63,434 nt of DNA, taken from NCBI GenBank assembly GCA_030646915.1, contig JAUSKT010000001.1, positions 1 through 63,434 on the forward strand, in the 5' to 3' direction. Below, in pieces: positions 49,824 through 60,121 of the stretch. Every line of letters starts with the position of its first letter. Position 1 is the stretch's first letter. The notes beneath the pieces are model-generated. The model made no database searches and was not told the origin of the DNA. It worked only from the letters and a program-made list of their open reading frames with translations. The translations under genes and the position numbers were made by a program. The DNA comes from a bacterium (GTDB taxonomy: Bacteria > Patescibacteriota > Minisyncoccia > UBA6257 > 02-FULL-45-10c).

Positions 49824-52019
49824 TTACTTTTCGGATTTTATCTGCTGGATGTAAGCTTCCCCCTCTGCTTTAAAAGAAGGGTTTATTTGGATTGCCTCTT
49901 GGATAGTTCCAATAGCGGCAGTTTTATTTCCAGCCGAAAGATAAGCGCCGGCCAAATTTTTTCGGTATTCCAAGTTATCCGGATTCTTTTTTACAAAAGC
50001 TCCCCAGACGCCGACTAAGCGGTTATAATTTTTAACCCGAGAATAAGCTTGCGCTAAAATCTGATCCGCAACATCCACGGCGCCAAATCCTTCTTTTAAT
50101 AATTTTTCAGATTCAGCTTGCTGATTATTCAAAATATAAGCGGCGGATAAATTAATCCGCCCGCTGCTAAATTCCGTATCAAGTTTGAAAGATTTTTCCA
50201 GCGCCAAAATAGCGTTTTGATAATCGCCTTTTTGAAGATAAACATCAGCCAATTCAAAATAAATTTGCTGTTTTTGCGGAGACAATTCTATCGCCTTATT
50301 AAAAACTGCGAGCGCTTGATCTGATAAGCCGACTTTTTGATAAATCGTTCCTAAAAATAAATAAGATCGCGGATCCAATGGATTTTCAGCAACGCTTTTC
50401 TCAGCCTCTTCAATAGCCTTCCGAAGCATCTTATCTCGAAAATCCGCGCCTAATTCTTGAATTCCGCCGGCGCCAATAGCAAATCTTATTAGTTGTTCCC
50501 GGATTTCCTGATTGCCCAAAGTATTATAAGATAAGGCTTTACTAAATTTTTCAAAAGCTAGCGGAATATTTTGGCCCTGGATTGCCAAAGCGCTTAAAAG
50601 ATTTAAATTAGCCAGCAAAGGTCTGACATTAATAAAATATATAATTGACACCAACGGCACCAATAAAATTCCGGCAACCACGGGCCAATCACTACGCTCC
50701 CGGCTAATTGATAAAGTAGTAGTTTCCTTAACAGAAAAACTATTGATATAAGCTAGGATCGCAAAAAAACCGATATAAGTCGCAATCTGATCAAACACAA
50801 AAAAGTTTTGCGCCAAATAAACCAATAAGAACGTAGCAATCAAAAGCGCCCGTTCCAAAGAAATATTTTTTTTATTAAAATGCTGCCAAAGCAAAAACAT
50901 TGCTGCCACAAAAATTCCAAAATATGATAAAATGCCCAAAATACCGGCATTAATCAGCCAATCAAAAACAATGTTATGAGACCGATCAAACCACGGCTCC
51001 TGTTGCCAAAGCTCCGCTTTAAAATACTTAGAAAAGACAATATCATAATTACTTGGTCCCCAACCTAAAATCGGGCGTTCTTTAAAACCTTCAAAACTCA
51101 TGCTCCAAATCGTAAATCTGGAAGTTATAGTTCGCTCCTGCAAAGAAAAAGAAGTTAATCTATTAAGAATTGGATTATTTCTTATTAAAGAAGTGTCTTT
51201 TAAAAACCAAGTAACTGCTGGAATTGTGACTAAAAACGCAAGTATGATTAAAATTGCCTTTTTATTTAGCGCTGCTTTATCTTGATCGTCGGAATGTTTC
51301 AATAAAAGATATAAAACAACAAAAATCATGGCACCTCCTAAAAGAGCAAGCGTAGCTCCCCTAGTGGCGGTAAAATAAATAGTAATCAAAGTCCAAACCG
51401 CCATTATCCCGTAAAAATATTTTTGCCATTTCTGTTTGGCATCCATCCAAAGTAAAAAACAAAAACTCAAAATAAATATCAGATATGCCGCTAAATAGGT
51501 CGGATTGCCTATAGTACCATCAGCGCGGCTCGTACCGCCTTGCGGCGATAATAATACTCCGATACTTTGTAAAAATGCATAAGAATTTTCATAAATAGCA
51601 GCTAATACAAATAAATTTAAAAAAGTATGCCAATCTGACTTTCGAAATATATGCGTCAAAACTAAAAAATAAGCGAATAGATGGAGATAAGAAACTAGCC
51701 CTTCCATTCTTTCAAAATTTGACCAAAAACTTTTGGCAGAATTAGCTCCAAAAACTGTCGCTAAAGTGACGACGACAATAAAAATACTTAAGGCCAAAGT
51801 TAAATAAGTTTTTTTAGGACGATACTCTTTATACAAAATTGCTAAAAATACCCACGCCGCAAATACAATTTCTATCACTATCCGAAACACAAAAGCCTTG
51901 CCGGTTATATAAGGAAAAAATAATACTTTAGAAATGTAAAGCGGTATAAAAGGAACTATAAAAAGTCCGCCTTTAATTATCCATAAAACAGCCGATTTCG
52001 CAGTAACTTTATTAGACAT
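49824..52019 (-). CDS. O-antigen-ligase-like (Wzy_C) polytopic membrane protein fused to C-terminal TPR repeats
   Basis: About 12 TM segments with the ...TATRGATLALLGG... motif, then repeated A..Y..A/L..G.Y..A TPR pattern. Confidence 0.8.
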   Translation of the reverse strand: MSNKVTAKSAVLWIIKGGLFIVPFIPLYISKVLFFPYITGKAFVFRIVIEIVFAAWVFLAILYKEYRPKKTYLTLALSIFIVVVTLATVFGANSAKSFWSNFERMEGLVSYLHLFAYFLVLTHIFRKSDWHTFLNLFVLAAIYENSYAFLQSIGVLLSPQGGTSRADGTIGNPTYLAAYLIFILSFCFLLWMDAKQKWQKYFYGIMAVWTLITIYFTATRGATLALLGGAMIFVVLYLLLKHSDDQDKAALNKKAILIILAFLVTIPAVTWFLKDTSLIRNNPILNRLTSFSLQERTITSRFTIWSMSFEGFKERPILGWGPSNYDIVFSKYFKAELWQQEPWFDRSHNIVFDWLINAGILGILSYFGIFVAAMFLLWQHFNKKNISLERALLIATFLLVYLAQNFFVFDQIATYIGFFAILAYINSFSVKETTTLSISRERSDWPVVAGILLVPLVSIIYFINVRPLLANLNLLSALAIQGQNIPLAFEKFSKALSYNTLGNQEIREQLIRFAIGAGGIQELGADFRDKMLRKAIEEAEKSVAENPLDPRSYLFLGTIYQKVGLSDQALAVFNKAIELSPQKQQIYFELADVYLQKGDYQNAILALEKSFKLDTEFSSGRINLSAAYILNNQQAESEKLLKEGFGAVDVADQILAQAYSRVKNYNRLVGVWGAFVKKNPDNLEYRKNLAGAYLSAGNKTAAIGTIQEAIQINPSFKAEGEAYIQQIKSEK

Positions 52020-52203
52020 AAGAATTACTATAACCTTTATATTATTTTTCTACAACGCATTTAAAAACCAGATGCTTCATTCTTTTATGCAGAAACGGCA
52101 AAAAGACAGCCGCCAAGCGGTCAAACTTATGTTTCCATCCATAAAAACGGAGAGCATCAGCTCCGCGATAATTAGTAACCTGAAAATTATGCTTTTCTAA
52201 AAT

Positions 52204-52731
52204 CTACTTCATCTCTTTGAAATCAAAAAATCGGTCATCTACCGGCTGAATATTTTTCCGGCTTTTAATATAATTTTTAAATAAAAGCCATTTCCGATTA
52301 GGAACAGTAACAATGAATTTTCCATTTGAACGCAAAACGCGCTTAACTTCCGCTAATGCCTTATCAATATCCAATAGATATGGAAATACTCCAACCATAA
52401 TGACTAAATCAAACGAATTGTCTAAAAAAGGCATGATCTCTACATCGCCCTTGACCAGCATGGCCTGAGGAAGGATCTTTTTAGTCATTTCCAAAAGACG
52501 GCTGGAAAGATCAATGCCGGTCAAACTTTTGATATGATGGCCTCCTCGTTCGGAAATTTTTTTTAATACCGTCCCTTGCCCGACACCAGCTTCTAAGATG
52601 TCCCCATGGAAATCTTTTTCAATGGCCAGCATATCATTATAATATTCTTCCGAAACATACATCTTTCCGGCGATTGCGTCATAGCCAGCCTCAATATCTT
52701 TTTTAGTAACTATAGAACGGTCAATTGGCAT
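52204..52731 (-). CDS. Class I SAM-dependent methyltransferase, terminated by an in-frame TAG before the last fold elements (possible pseudogene or read-through)
   Basis: ILEAGVGQGT (motif I), DLVIMVGVFPYL, GKFIVTVPN. The frame continues for 53 codons after the TAG, to a TAA at 52042. Confidence 0.7.
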   Translation of the reverse strand: MPIDRSIVTKKDIEAGYDAIAGKMYVSEEYYNDMLAIEKDFHGDILEAGVGQGTVLKKISERGGHHIKSLTGIDLSSRLLEMTKKILPQAMLVKGDVEIMPFLDNSFDLVIMVGVFPYLLDIDKALAEVKRVLRSNGKFIVTVPNRKWLLFKNYIKSRKNIQPVDDRFFDFKEMK

Positions 52732-53869
52732 GTTTTTTATTATAAAAATCTGAAACTAATTTTTCAAAAGTTTTTTCATAATTTTGCATCGTATACGGCT
52801 TAACCATTTCTGCGCCAGCTCTTCCTATTTTCTCGCTCGCTGCATTGTCCCTAAGCAAGATTAAAATTTTATCTGCAAGTTCTTTAGAATTTGCAGGCGG
52901 CACCGTAAAGCCAGTTTCATTATTTTTTACAAAAATTGGAATATCGCCGATTGCACTTGACACGACTGGCTTTCCAAAACTTAACGCTTCCATAATAGCA
53001 AACGGCATATCAGTTCTAGTGGATGGATCCGCAAAAATATCCGCTACCGGCAAAATATTTTCAATATCTGATTTCCCCAAAAATAATCCGGGGAATAAGA
53101 CTTTACTTTCTAACTTTAGACTTTTGACTTGCGACTTTAAGCTTTCCTCCAATGGCCCCCAGCCAACTATTAAAAAATAAACTTGGGGAAATTTTTCTAA
53201 AACTAATTTAGCGGCATCAATCAGATATTTATGTCCCTTTTCCGGAACTAACCGGCTGATTGTCAACACAACTTTAGATTCTTTAGGCAATCCCAAATCC
53301 TTGCGGATTAAATCAGGATTTCTTCCTTTTGTTTTATCGACAAAAGATGGCGCGTACATTGTTATGAATTTTTCTAAGGGAATTTTTTCTTGCTTAACGG
53401 TAAAAAATTTCGCCGCATCTGAATCAGTGATTATCTTATTGGTCCATTTGGATAAAATCCAATCCATCCAAATCTGCCATTGATGCTTGTCTTCATATAT
53501 ATTGTGTTCATGAATAATTATTACCGGGACCCCGGCAAAAATTGCTGCAATCCGGACAATTAAATTAGCGGAAAAAAGCGACGTAATAACCGCATCAAAT
53601 TTCTCTCTCTGGAGAAAGCGGAATAATTTCAGCCAAGAAATTAAATCAAATAAAGATCGAAAATCCAATTTCTTCCAATGGTCATCCGCTAAAACAATCT
53701 TTTCTTCAAAAGTCGCGCTTTTTTTCTCCGGAAACAAAGTTAAAAGATAGGGGTCAAATTTTGCCCCATCAACAGCCGGCAATTGGTTTACCAATAATTT
53801 TTCCGCCCCGCCTACGCTTAACCTGCCTATGGCAAAAAGTATTTTTAATTTCCCCCCATTATGAATCAT
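52721..53869 (-). CDS. Glycosyltransferase family 4 (GT-B)
   Basis: GGAEK...; RLVPEKG...; FAIMEALSFGKPVVSSAIGDIP. Confidence 0.88.
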   Translation of the reverse strand: MIHNGGKLKILFAIGRLSVGGAEKLLVNQLPAVDGAKFDPYLLTLFPEKKSATFEEKIVLADDHWKKLDFRSLFDLISWLKLFRFLQREKFDAVITSLFSANLIVRIAAIFAGVPVIIIHEHNIYEDKHQWQIWMDWILSKWTNKIITDSDAAKFFTVKQEKIPLEKFITMYAPSFVDKTKGRNPDLIRKDLGLPKESKVVLTISRLVPEKGHKYLIDAAKLVLEKFPQVYFLIVGWGPLEESLKSQVKSLKLESKVLFPGLFLGKSDIENILPVADIFADPSTRTDMPFAIMEALSFGKPVVSSAIGDIPIFVKNNETGFTVPPANSKELADKILILLRDNAASEKIGRAGAEMVKPYTMQNYEKTFEKLVSDFYNKKHAN

Positions 53870-53945
53870 AATATTGTAACTCTCAGATAAATTATAGAGT
53901 AACTCTTTGAAAAGCCGTGTTCTGGTATAATATAAATAATAAAAT

Positions 53946-55565
53946 ATGAAAAGTGATTTAAAGGCAATATTTGCCCTTATAACAACTTATACGATAGGAA
54001 ATTTTCTTCTTCTCTTTAATCGGGGGATGTATTGGGATGGCTGGGATTTGATAACTCTATTAGGAGAGAAAAAATACGGCCTGCTCCGGGAGATTTATTA
54101 TGCTCAATTTCAACGATATACTGAATATTATATACTGCGACTTTTAGGATTAACCGATAATCCCCTGCTCATCAGCAAATTCCTCGCCTTTGCAAGCTGG
54201 ATTTTAGCCGGGCTTTTCCTTTATGGAATACTGAGAAAGAAATTTTCGCTTCCTATAAATAAAGCCTTTTTCTTATCCTCTTTTTTCTCATTAATTCCAA
54301 TTTATTTGGTAAAAATAGATCTGGCTTTCGCGCATTATTTCGTGAATAATACGTTATTTTTTGGCGCGGTATTTTTATATTTTCTCGTTGAAAAAAATAA
54401 AAACCTGTTCATCAAATATACGGGACTGATTTTTTCTTGGATAATATTTTTTATATCTTTCAACACGGAATCGCTGTTAGTTTTTTATGGAGGATTTTTA
54501 TTAATATTGTTTTTGGATCGCAGAAAAGAGCTTACGGATAAACCGCTATTCTCATTAATAATTTCTTGGCTGAAAAAAGATTTTATATTTATAATTTTGC
54601 CCGTAATCTTCTGGGCAATAAAATTAATGATTGGAAAACCGATCAGCGGACCGGAAAGCTACTATAATGAATTTCTTCCTCTAAATACCAACTCTCTAAT
54701 GTACTCTATTCAAAACATCTGGCAATTTATAACTTACGGATTCTTTTGGCCGATTATCGCCCCCATTACAATATTAGATAGAAAAATATTTACCGGAATT
54801 TTTTTAACAATCCTTGGCCTGTTTTATGTAATAACTAAAAAGATTTTTTCATTAAATGATCAAGGAGCTGATTTCTCTCCTAAACAATATATTAGCTTCG
54901 GTTTTTTTCTATTTATATTAGGAATGATTCCTTATCTCGCGGTAGGAAAAGCCCCCCAGGTCTTCGGAAATGGCTTTGGAATGCGGCACGCCCTACTTTT
55001 ACCAATTGGGTCATCTTTAATCATTTTAGGCGCTATTCTCACTATGATAAAAGATCGTTGGCAAATTCTTCTGCAAATAATCCTTTTGGCGCTCTTTTCA
55101 ACGTTTACTATCTATAATTATTATTGGCTGGATATGGATTGGTATAAGCAACAAGCCATTATAGAAAGTTTAAGAGAAACAAAATATGAATCTATCAAAA
55201 ACGCTTCAACGATAATTTTTCACGATAACACGGGAATCAATTGGCAAAATAGAAATGTCCGCAGCGCGGAATATTTCAGTTATGTGTATAGCGCCTTTCC
55301 TAAAAACCATAGCAAGCTTGTAGCTACTGAAGAATATAATCCCATTGAACAATACTCTTTTGCCAAGATGCGGACCGAATTTCCCCTAAATTTTAATCCA
55401 TTAAAAAATGTTATTAAAATTGATATTATTTCCAAAGCAACCAGTGAAATACCGACAATTTCTAATTGGCTATCAATTAAAAAATCAGAAATCTTTTCTG
55501 ATAACTCAGTTTTCTTAGAAAAAATAAAAAATATCTATAAGATTGAGACTGTTCCGCGTTCTTAA
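53946..55565 (+). CDS. Large polytopic membrane protein (possible GT-C-type glycosyltransferase/polymerase)
   Basis: 539 aa with about 12 TM segments, in a glycan locus. No motif recognised. Confidence 0.6.
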   Translation: MKSDLKAIFALITTYTIGNFLLLFNRGMYWDGWDLITLLGEKKYGLLREIYYAQFQRYTEYYILRLLGLTDNPLLISKFLAFASWILAGLFLYGILRKKFSLPINKAFFLSSFFSLIPIYLVKIDLAFAHYFVNNTLFFGAVFLYFLVEKNKNLFIKYTGLIFSWIIFFISFNTESLLVFYGGFLLILFLDRRKELTDKPLFSLIISWLKKDFIFIILPVIFWAIKLMIGKPISGPESYYNEFLPLNTNSLMYSIQNIWQFITYGFFWPIIAPITILDRKIFTGIFLTILGLFYVITKKIFSLNDQGADFSPKQYISFGFFLFILGMIPYLAVGKAPQVFGNGFGMRHALLLPIGSSLIILGAILTMIKDRWQILLQIILLALFSTFTIYNYYWLDMDWYKQQAIIESLRETKYESIKNASTIIFHDNTGINWQNRNVRSAEYFSYVYSAFPKNHSKLVATEEYNPIEQYSFAKMRTEFPLNFNPLKNVIKIDIISKATSEIPTISNWLSIKKSEIFSDNSVFLEKIKNIYKIETVPRS

Positions 55566-55568
55566 AAA

Positions 55569-56660
55569 TTATTCTTGAATTAAATTCCAGGAAAGAGGGG
55601 TGGCAAATTCTATATCTTGAGATGCCTTTTTGCCTATTACTTGATCGTAGTATTTTGTTTCTAACCCAAAAGCCGGGCGCACATCGCGAATATTATCTTT
55701 TGTAAAAATCTCCCCTTTTTTAATATCTTTTCCGACAAAAAGCGATCTACGCCATCTTTTATTATATTCTTCTAATTTATTATTTGGCCCGTAATGAATT
55801 TGGCCTAAGGCAATTTTTGATAAGGTTATTTTTTCCCTACCAGATTCCAATGCCCGGATTTTTTCCACTAATTCTTTCAGTTCTTGCGGTTCAATGGAAA
55901 ATTGGGCATCAGGACCGCCCGTTTTCCGATCTAAAATAAAATGCTTTTCAAGCATACTAGCTCCGGCGGCAACGGCCATTAGTGGAATTTCAATACCGGC
56001 ATTATTATCGGAAAAACCGCTTACTATACCAAAGCGATCCCGCAAATCCTGAATATTTTTTAAATGCATGTCTTTTAATTCCGGCTTGCCAGAATATCCA
56101 GTTACGCAATGAAGCGCAAGAATATCTTTAGCGCCATTATCCTTTAAAGCATCCAAAGCAAAACGCACTTCTTCTTCTGAAGAGTACCCAAATGAAATAA
56201 TAATCGGTTTCCCGGTTTTAGCTACTTTACGCAATAAAACAAAGTCAGTTGCTTCGTAAGCGGCAATTTTATAACAAGGCATATCTAACTCTTCCAAAAA
56301 ATCTACTGCAGTTTCATCAAAAGGCGTGGAGAACAAAATAATTCCCAGCTCATCGGCAAGTTTTTTTAATTTTGGCTGCCAAGTCCATGGCGTATAAGCA
56401 GTTTGATAAAGTTCGTAAAGATTTTTACCCTTCCATAATTCCGGATTATCTTTTCCGCCAACCAGAAACCATTCTTTAGTTGAATTTAAAGTCATAGTAT
56501 CCGGAGTATAAGTCTGGAGCTTAATTGCATCCGCACCTGCTTCTTTCGCCGCCTTCACTAAAGCAACCGCCTCTTCATATTTTTGATGATGATTTCCAGA
56601 AACCTCTGCAACGACAAAACAAGGATTGCCCAAGCCGATATTTTTATCGCCGATTTTCAT
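55569..56660 (-). CDS. Nonulosonic-acid synthase (NeuB/PseI/LegI family) with C-terminal SAF domain
   Basis: FVVAEVSGNHHQ...AIKLQTY...HCVTGYSG...; SAF-like KGEIFTKDNIRDVRP. Confidence 0.88.
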   Translation of the reverse strand: MKIGDKNIGLGNPCFVVAEVSGNHHQKYEEAVALVKAAKEAGADAIKLQTYTPDTMTLNSTKEWFLVGGKDNPELWKGKNLYELYQTAYTPWTWQPKLKKLADELGIILFSTPFDETAVDFLEELDMPCYKIAAYEATDFVLLRKVAKTGKPIIISFGYSSEEEVRFALDALKDNGAKDILALHCVTGYSGKPELKDMHLKNIQDLRDRFGIVSGFSDNNAGIEIPLMAVAAGASMLEKHFILDRKTGGPDAQFSIEPQELKELVEKIRALESGREKITLSKIALGQIHYGPNNKLEEYNKRWRRSLFVGKDIKKGEIFTKDNIRDVRPAFGLETKYYDQVIGKKASQDIEFATPLSWNLIQE

Positions 56661-56715
56661 AGTAATGAATATAACTTTAAAAAACAGCCCTGAGTAACAA
56701 AAACTCGCTAATTAC

Positions 56716-57174
56716 TTAGCGAGTCAAAATCAAAAGAATACGAGGATGCTCTACCTCTCCTTGAAGTGCATAGCCAGCCTTGATAAAACTACGGATTGAT
56801 ACCAAATTATCTGGTTTAATAAAGGCATGGATTGAATTTATTTTTGGAAAAAGTTCCAAAAATTTAACCGCTGATTGACGCAAAATTCCCGAACCATACC
56901 CTTTACCTTGAAATTTTTCCGTAACGGCCACATTTACTTCCGCATCGGCATCGCCAATTAAATCAAACCTAACCATGCCTATCGACTGGGATTTAACTTC
57001 GGCAATAAAAATCTGGCTTTGAGAATCGGCCAATTTCTTTTTAAACCATTCTGAATGACCCATTGGATTAATTGATTCCTGGTTAAAAGATACCCTCCGA
57101 ACACTTTCTTCGTTTCGGAGATTAAACAGGAAATCGGAATCCCCAATCATCACTTTTCGCAAAGTAAAATTCAT
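56716..57174 (-). CDS. GNAT N-acetyltransferase (PseH-like)
   Basis: LRKVMIGDSDFLFNLRNEESVRR...FQGKGYGSGIL. Confidence 0.7.
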   Translation of the reverse strand: MNFTLRKVMIGDSDFLFNLRNEESVRRVSFNQESINPMGHSEWFKKKLADSQSQIFIAEVKSQSIGMVRFDLIGDADAEVNVAVTEKFQGKGYGSGILRQSAVKFLELFPKINSIHAFIKPDNLVSIRSFIKAGYALQGEVEHPRILLILTR

Positions 57175-57809
57175 TGAAATTTATATAAACCAGATTTTAT
57201 CTCCACGACGCCCTGCGCTTCTTTTTTAACTCTTTCCTGCATGGCCACGCTCCCGAGGGCCACATCAATCAATTCTTTCCATTGAGAAGGATTTGAATCA
57301 ATTAAAACCTGCTCGGCAGAAACCAGACTAAGGTTACCGGCAGTTAATCGTTCTTTTAAAAAATCTAATCCCGGCCCATATTCAATCATGGCTCTGATTC
57401 TATGCAAATGCCAACCATTAGAAAGAATTAAACAATTTTTCAGATGAAAATTCTGAATAATTAAAATCAATTGTTGAAGTTGCTGATAAGTATTATTAGA
57501 ATTTTCTTCCAGTAAAATTTTTTCTTTAGGAACGCCAAGCGCCACCAATTCTTTTTTTATCACGCTAGATACCGATGGAGAGTCGGAAATATTTCTTAAC
57601 TGCCCTCGGCCGCCGGAAGATATTATTAAAAGATTTTTATTTGGGGAAGAAAATTTTTTATATAAATAATAAGTAGCATCCACTCGTAAACGGTCTCCCT
57701 GAACTCCAAAATTATCTCCGGACTCGTCAAAATTAGTGGTTCGCCAGCCGTTTTTATCTTTTTTTAAACCGCCGCCTAAAACTACAATAACATCGATCAT
57801 TTTTTTCAA
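57171..57809 (-). CDS. DUF218 (YdcF/ElyC-like) protein
   Basis: IVVLGGGL...IISSGGRG.... 4-nt overlap with the downstream gene. Confidence 0.6.
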   Translation of the reverse strand: MKKMIDVIVVLGGGLKKDKNGWRTTNFDESGDNFGVQGDRLRVDATYYLYKKFSSPNKNLLIISSGGRGQLRNISDSPSVSSVIKKELVALGVPKEKILLEENSNNTYQQLQQLILIIQNFHLKNCLILSNGWHLHRIRAMIEYGPGLDFLKERLTAGNLSLVSAEQVLIDSNPSQWKELIDVALGSVAMQERVKKEAQGVVEIKSGLYKFQ

Positions 57810-57831
57810 TTTAATATTTATAATTATATTG

Positions 57832-58497
57832 CTATAGAACCGTTAGTAATTTGGGTAAGTTTTTCAAATTCTGGAGACAATAATCAGCTTCATATTTTTT
57901 ATTAAGTTTAAGAAATTTAAAATCTCCCCGCAGAATCCGAATAGTCTTGAGGCCAACTCTTCTAGCTCCAATAAAATCCTTATACGGATTATTACCTATA
58001 TATACTGCTTCTTCCGGCTGGACCTGAAAATGCAATAACATCTTTTTAAAAGAAAAGGGGTGGGGTTTTTCTTTACCATAATCATGAGTATACATAATGC
58101 AATCAAAAAAAAATTTAAGTTTTAATGCCCTTACTTTTTTTCGTTGAACCATCCCCTTACCATCGGTAATAATACCAAGACCATATTTTTTTTTAAGGGC
58201 ATGGAGAATAGATCGTACTTCTGAATATAAAACTATATTGGGAATATGTCTTTGATAGCAATTCACGAGCAAAGCGACGCGCCTTTTACTAAAAAGATTA
58301 TATTCTGTGAGTATATTGTCAAAAATTTTTCCCCTGCCATCACTGTTAAACCTATTAATCAGCTTTTTATAAAATTCTTTTTCTGAAACTTTAAAATTAA
58401 TCGCCGCATATCGCGCTACGGCAATAAACCCACTCCTTACAAAGGTAATTTCTGAATATAGGGTGTCATCTAAATCAAAAATAATCGCCTTAATCAT
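57832..58497 (-). CDS. HAD-superfamily hydrolase
   Basis: IIFDLDDTLY (motif I)...GIITDG...GNNPYKD. Confidence 0.8.
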   Translation of the reverse strand: MIKAIIFDLDDTLYSEITFVRSGFIAVARYAAINFKVSEKEFYKKLINRFNSDGRGKIFDNILTEYNLFSKRRVALLVNCYQRHIPNIVLYSEVRSILHALKKKYGLGIITDGKGMVQRKKVRALKLKFFFDCIMYTHDYGKEKPHPFSFKKMLLHFQVQPEEAVYIGNNPYKDFIGARRVGLKTIRILRGDFKFLKLNKKYEADYCLQNLKNLPKLLTVL

Positions 58498-58500
58498 AAA

Positions 58501-60111
58501 TTAAGCATACTTCGCGGGAATCGCCAGCAAAGCTGGGCCCTTTGAATCAAAAAGGCTCTTCAAAGCCGCTTCTAAATCTTCCTTGCCACGAACCGGCACA
58601 AAGCCAATGCCAAAACTGCTAGCCAAAGACTCAAAATCTGGATTAGTAAAATCGAGATTTTTCACCCGCTTATATTTTTGCAAAAGGTTTGCCTTGATCA
58701 TGCCGAAAGAATTATCTACAAAAATAATTATTTTTACATCTAAATTATACCGCTTAATCGTTTCTAATTCCTGAAGATTCATTAGAAACCCGCCATCGCC
58801 ATTAATAGAAATTATCCGCTGAGATTTCGGCGTAATAAACCGCAAACCAGCGGCAAAAGGAAGAGAAAAACCCATAGAAGATAAGCCGTTAGAAAAATTA
58901 ACGCCAAAAGGCTCTTCAACTTGATACCCTAAGCCGATTACCTGTTTATGCACTCCCACATCAGAAACAATCAAATCTTTTGGTTTAGATAATTTCTGAA
59001 TTGTCTGCATTATTTTAAAAGGATTAAATGGAAAACTTTTAAGGTTTTGGTTGTTTAAGGCCTGCTCTCGACGTGATTTTTTAATTTTAGAAATAAATTC
59101 TAAATTCCAATTAGACCGATATTGATCCGATAATAATTCTTCGGCAAACTTACTGGAAAACTGAGAAACATCACCAACGCATTCCACCGCCGGACTAATA
59201 AGATGATCAACTTTAGAAGCAACCGTATCAAAATAAATTATCTTTTTCTTATCGAAAATTTTTGACGATACTCCCTCAATATAATCATAGCCAAAAACTA
59301 AAAAACAGTCGGCTTTTTCCAGCACCTCAACAAGCTTATCTTTAATATGGCGGCTCGCCGTACCTAAAGCTAATGAATTGAATTCCGGAAAACTACCTTT
59401 ACCAAGAAAAGAAGTCATCACTGGAATACGCGCTTTTTCAAAAGCCCGCACCAACGCTCCATCTCTCCGCTGCATTGCACCACCCCAAAAAGCCACCGGA
59501 TATTTTGATTTCTTTAAAACTTTAATGGCTTTTTGGATATTTTTAATATCCAGCCTAGCTAAAGGGTTGAGATGAGGATGTGAAAATCTGGAGGTTTTTT
59601 TAGAAATTACCGTTTCCATAACATCAACTGGAAGAGTGATGTGAACTGGTCCTGGCCTGCCCCCCATAGCAATATCAACGGCTTTTTGCAAAACCACCGG
59701 AATATCTAAAACATCTCTTAAAACAAAAGATGCTTTAGTTACCGGACTAAAAAGTTTTTGGAGATTAATATATTGGTGAGCTTGCGGATTGGTATCGTGA
59801 TACTTCTTTTCAATTTGACCGCTTAAAACTATAACTGGCGACCGATTTTGATATGCATCTGCCACTCCTGTTACCAAATTAGTCGCCCCGGGACCAAGCG
59901 TGGAAATACATACACCCGGAAGACTCCCGACCTTACCTACAGCTTGCGCCATAAATGCCGCACCCTGCTCATGACGAGTAGTGACAAATTCTATTTTCGA
60001 ATGAGCAAGGGCATCAAAAATTTCTAATTCATCACCGGGTATGCCGAAGATCCTTTTAATTCCAAACTTATGTAATAAATGAAAAAATAAATCTGCTCCG
60101 TGAATATCCAT
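58501..60111 (-). CDS. Thiamine-diphosphate-dependent enzyme (acetolactate-synthase-like large subunit fold)
   Basis: RHEQGAAFMA...; GDGGFLMNLQELETI (TPP-binding motif). Confidence 0.85.
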   Translation of the reverse strand: MDIHGADLFFHLLHKFGIKRIFGIPGDELEIFDALAHSKIEFVTTRHEQGAAFMAQAVGKVGSLPGVCISTLGPGATNLVTGVADAYQNRSPVIVLSGQIEKKYHDTNPQAHQYINLQKLFSPVTKASFVLRDVLDIPVVLQKAVDIAMGGRPGPVHITLPVDVMETVISKKTSRFSHPHLNPLARLDIKNIQKAIKVLKKSKYPVAFWGGAMQRRDGALVRAFEKARIPVMTSFLGKGSFPEFNSLALGTASRHIKDKLVEVLEKADCFLVFGYDYIEGVSSKIFDKKKIIYFDTVASKVDHLISPAVECVGDVSQFSSKFAEELLSDQYRSNWNLEFISKIKKSRREQALNNQNLKSFPFNPFKIMQTIQKLSKPKDLIVSDVGVHKQVIGLGYQVEEPFGVNFSNGLSSMGFSLPFAAGLRFITPKSQRIISINGDGGFLMNLQELETIKRYNLDVKIIIFVDNSFGMIKANLLQKYKRVKNLDFTNPDFESLASSFGIGFVPVRGKEDLEAALKSLFDSKGPALLAIPAKYA

Positions 60112-60121
60112 AAATTTTTTA

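Noticed and set aside
52204-52206. Genome-wide reassignment of TAG.
   Set aside because: TAG plausibly terminates other genes here (for example 4714-5301 and 5311-5889) at family-typical lengths. All long ORFs are intact under the standard code, and TGA is also used as a stop.
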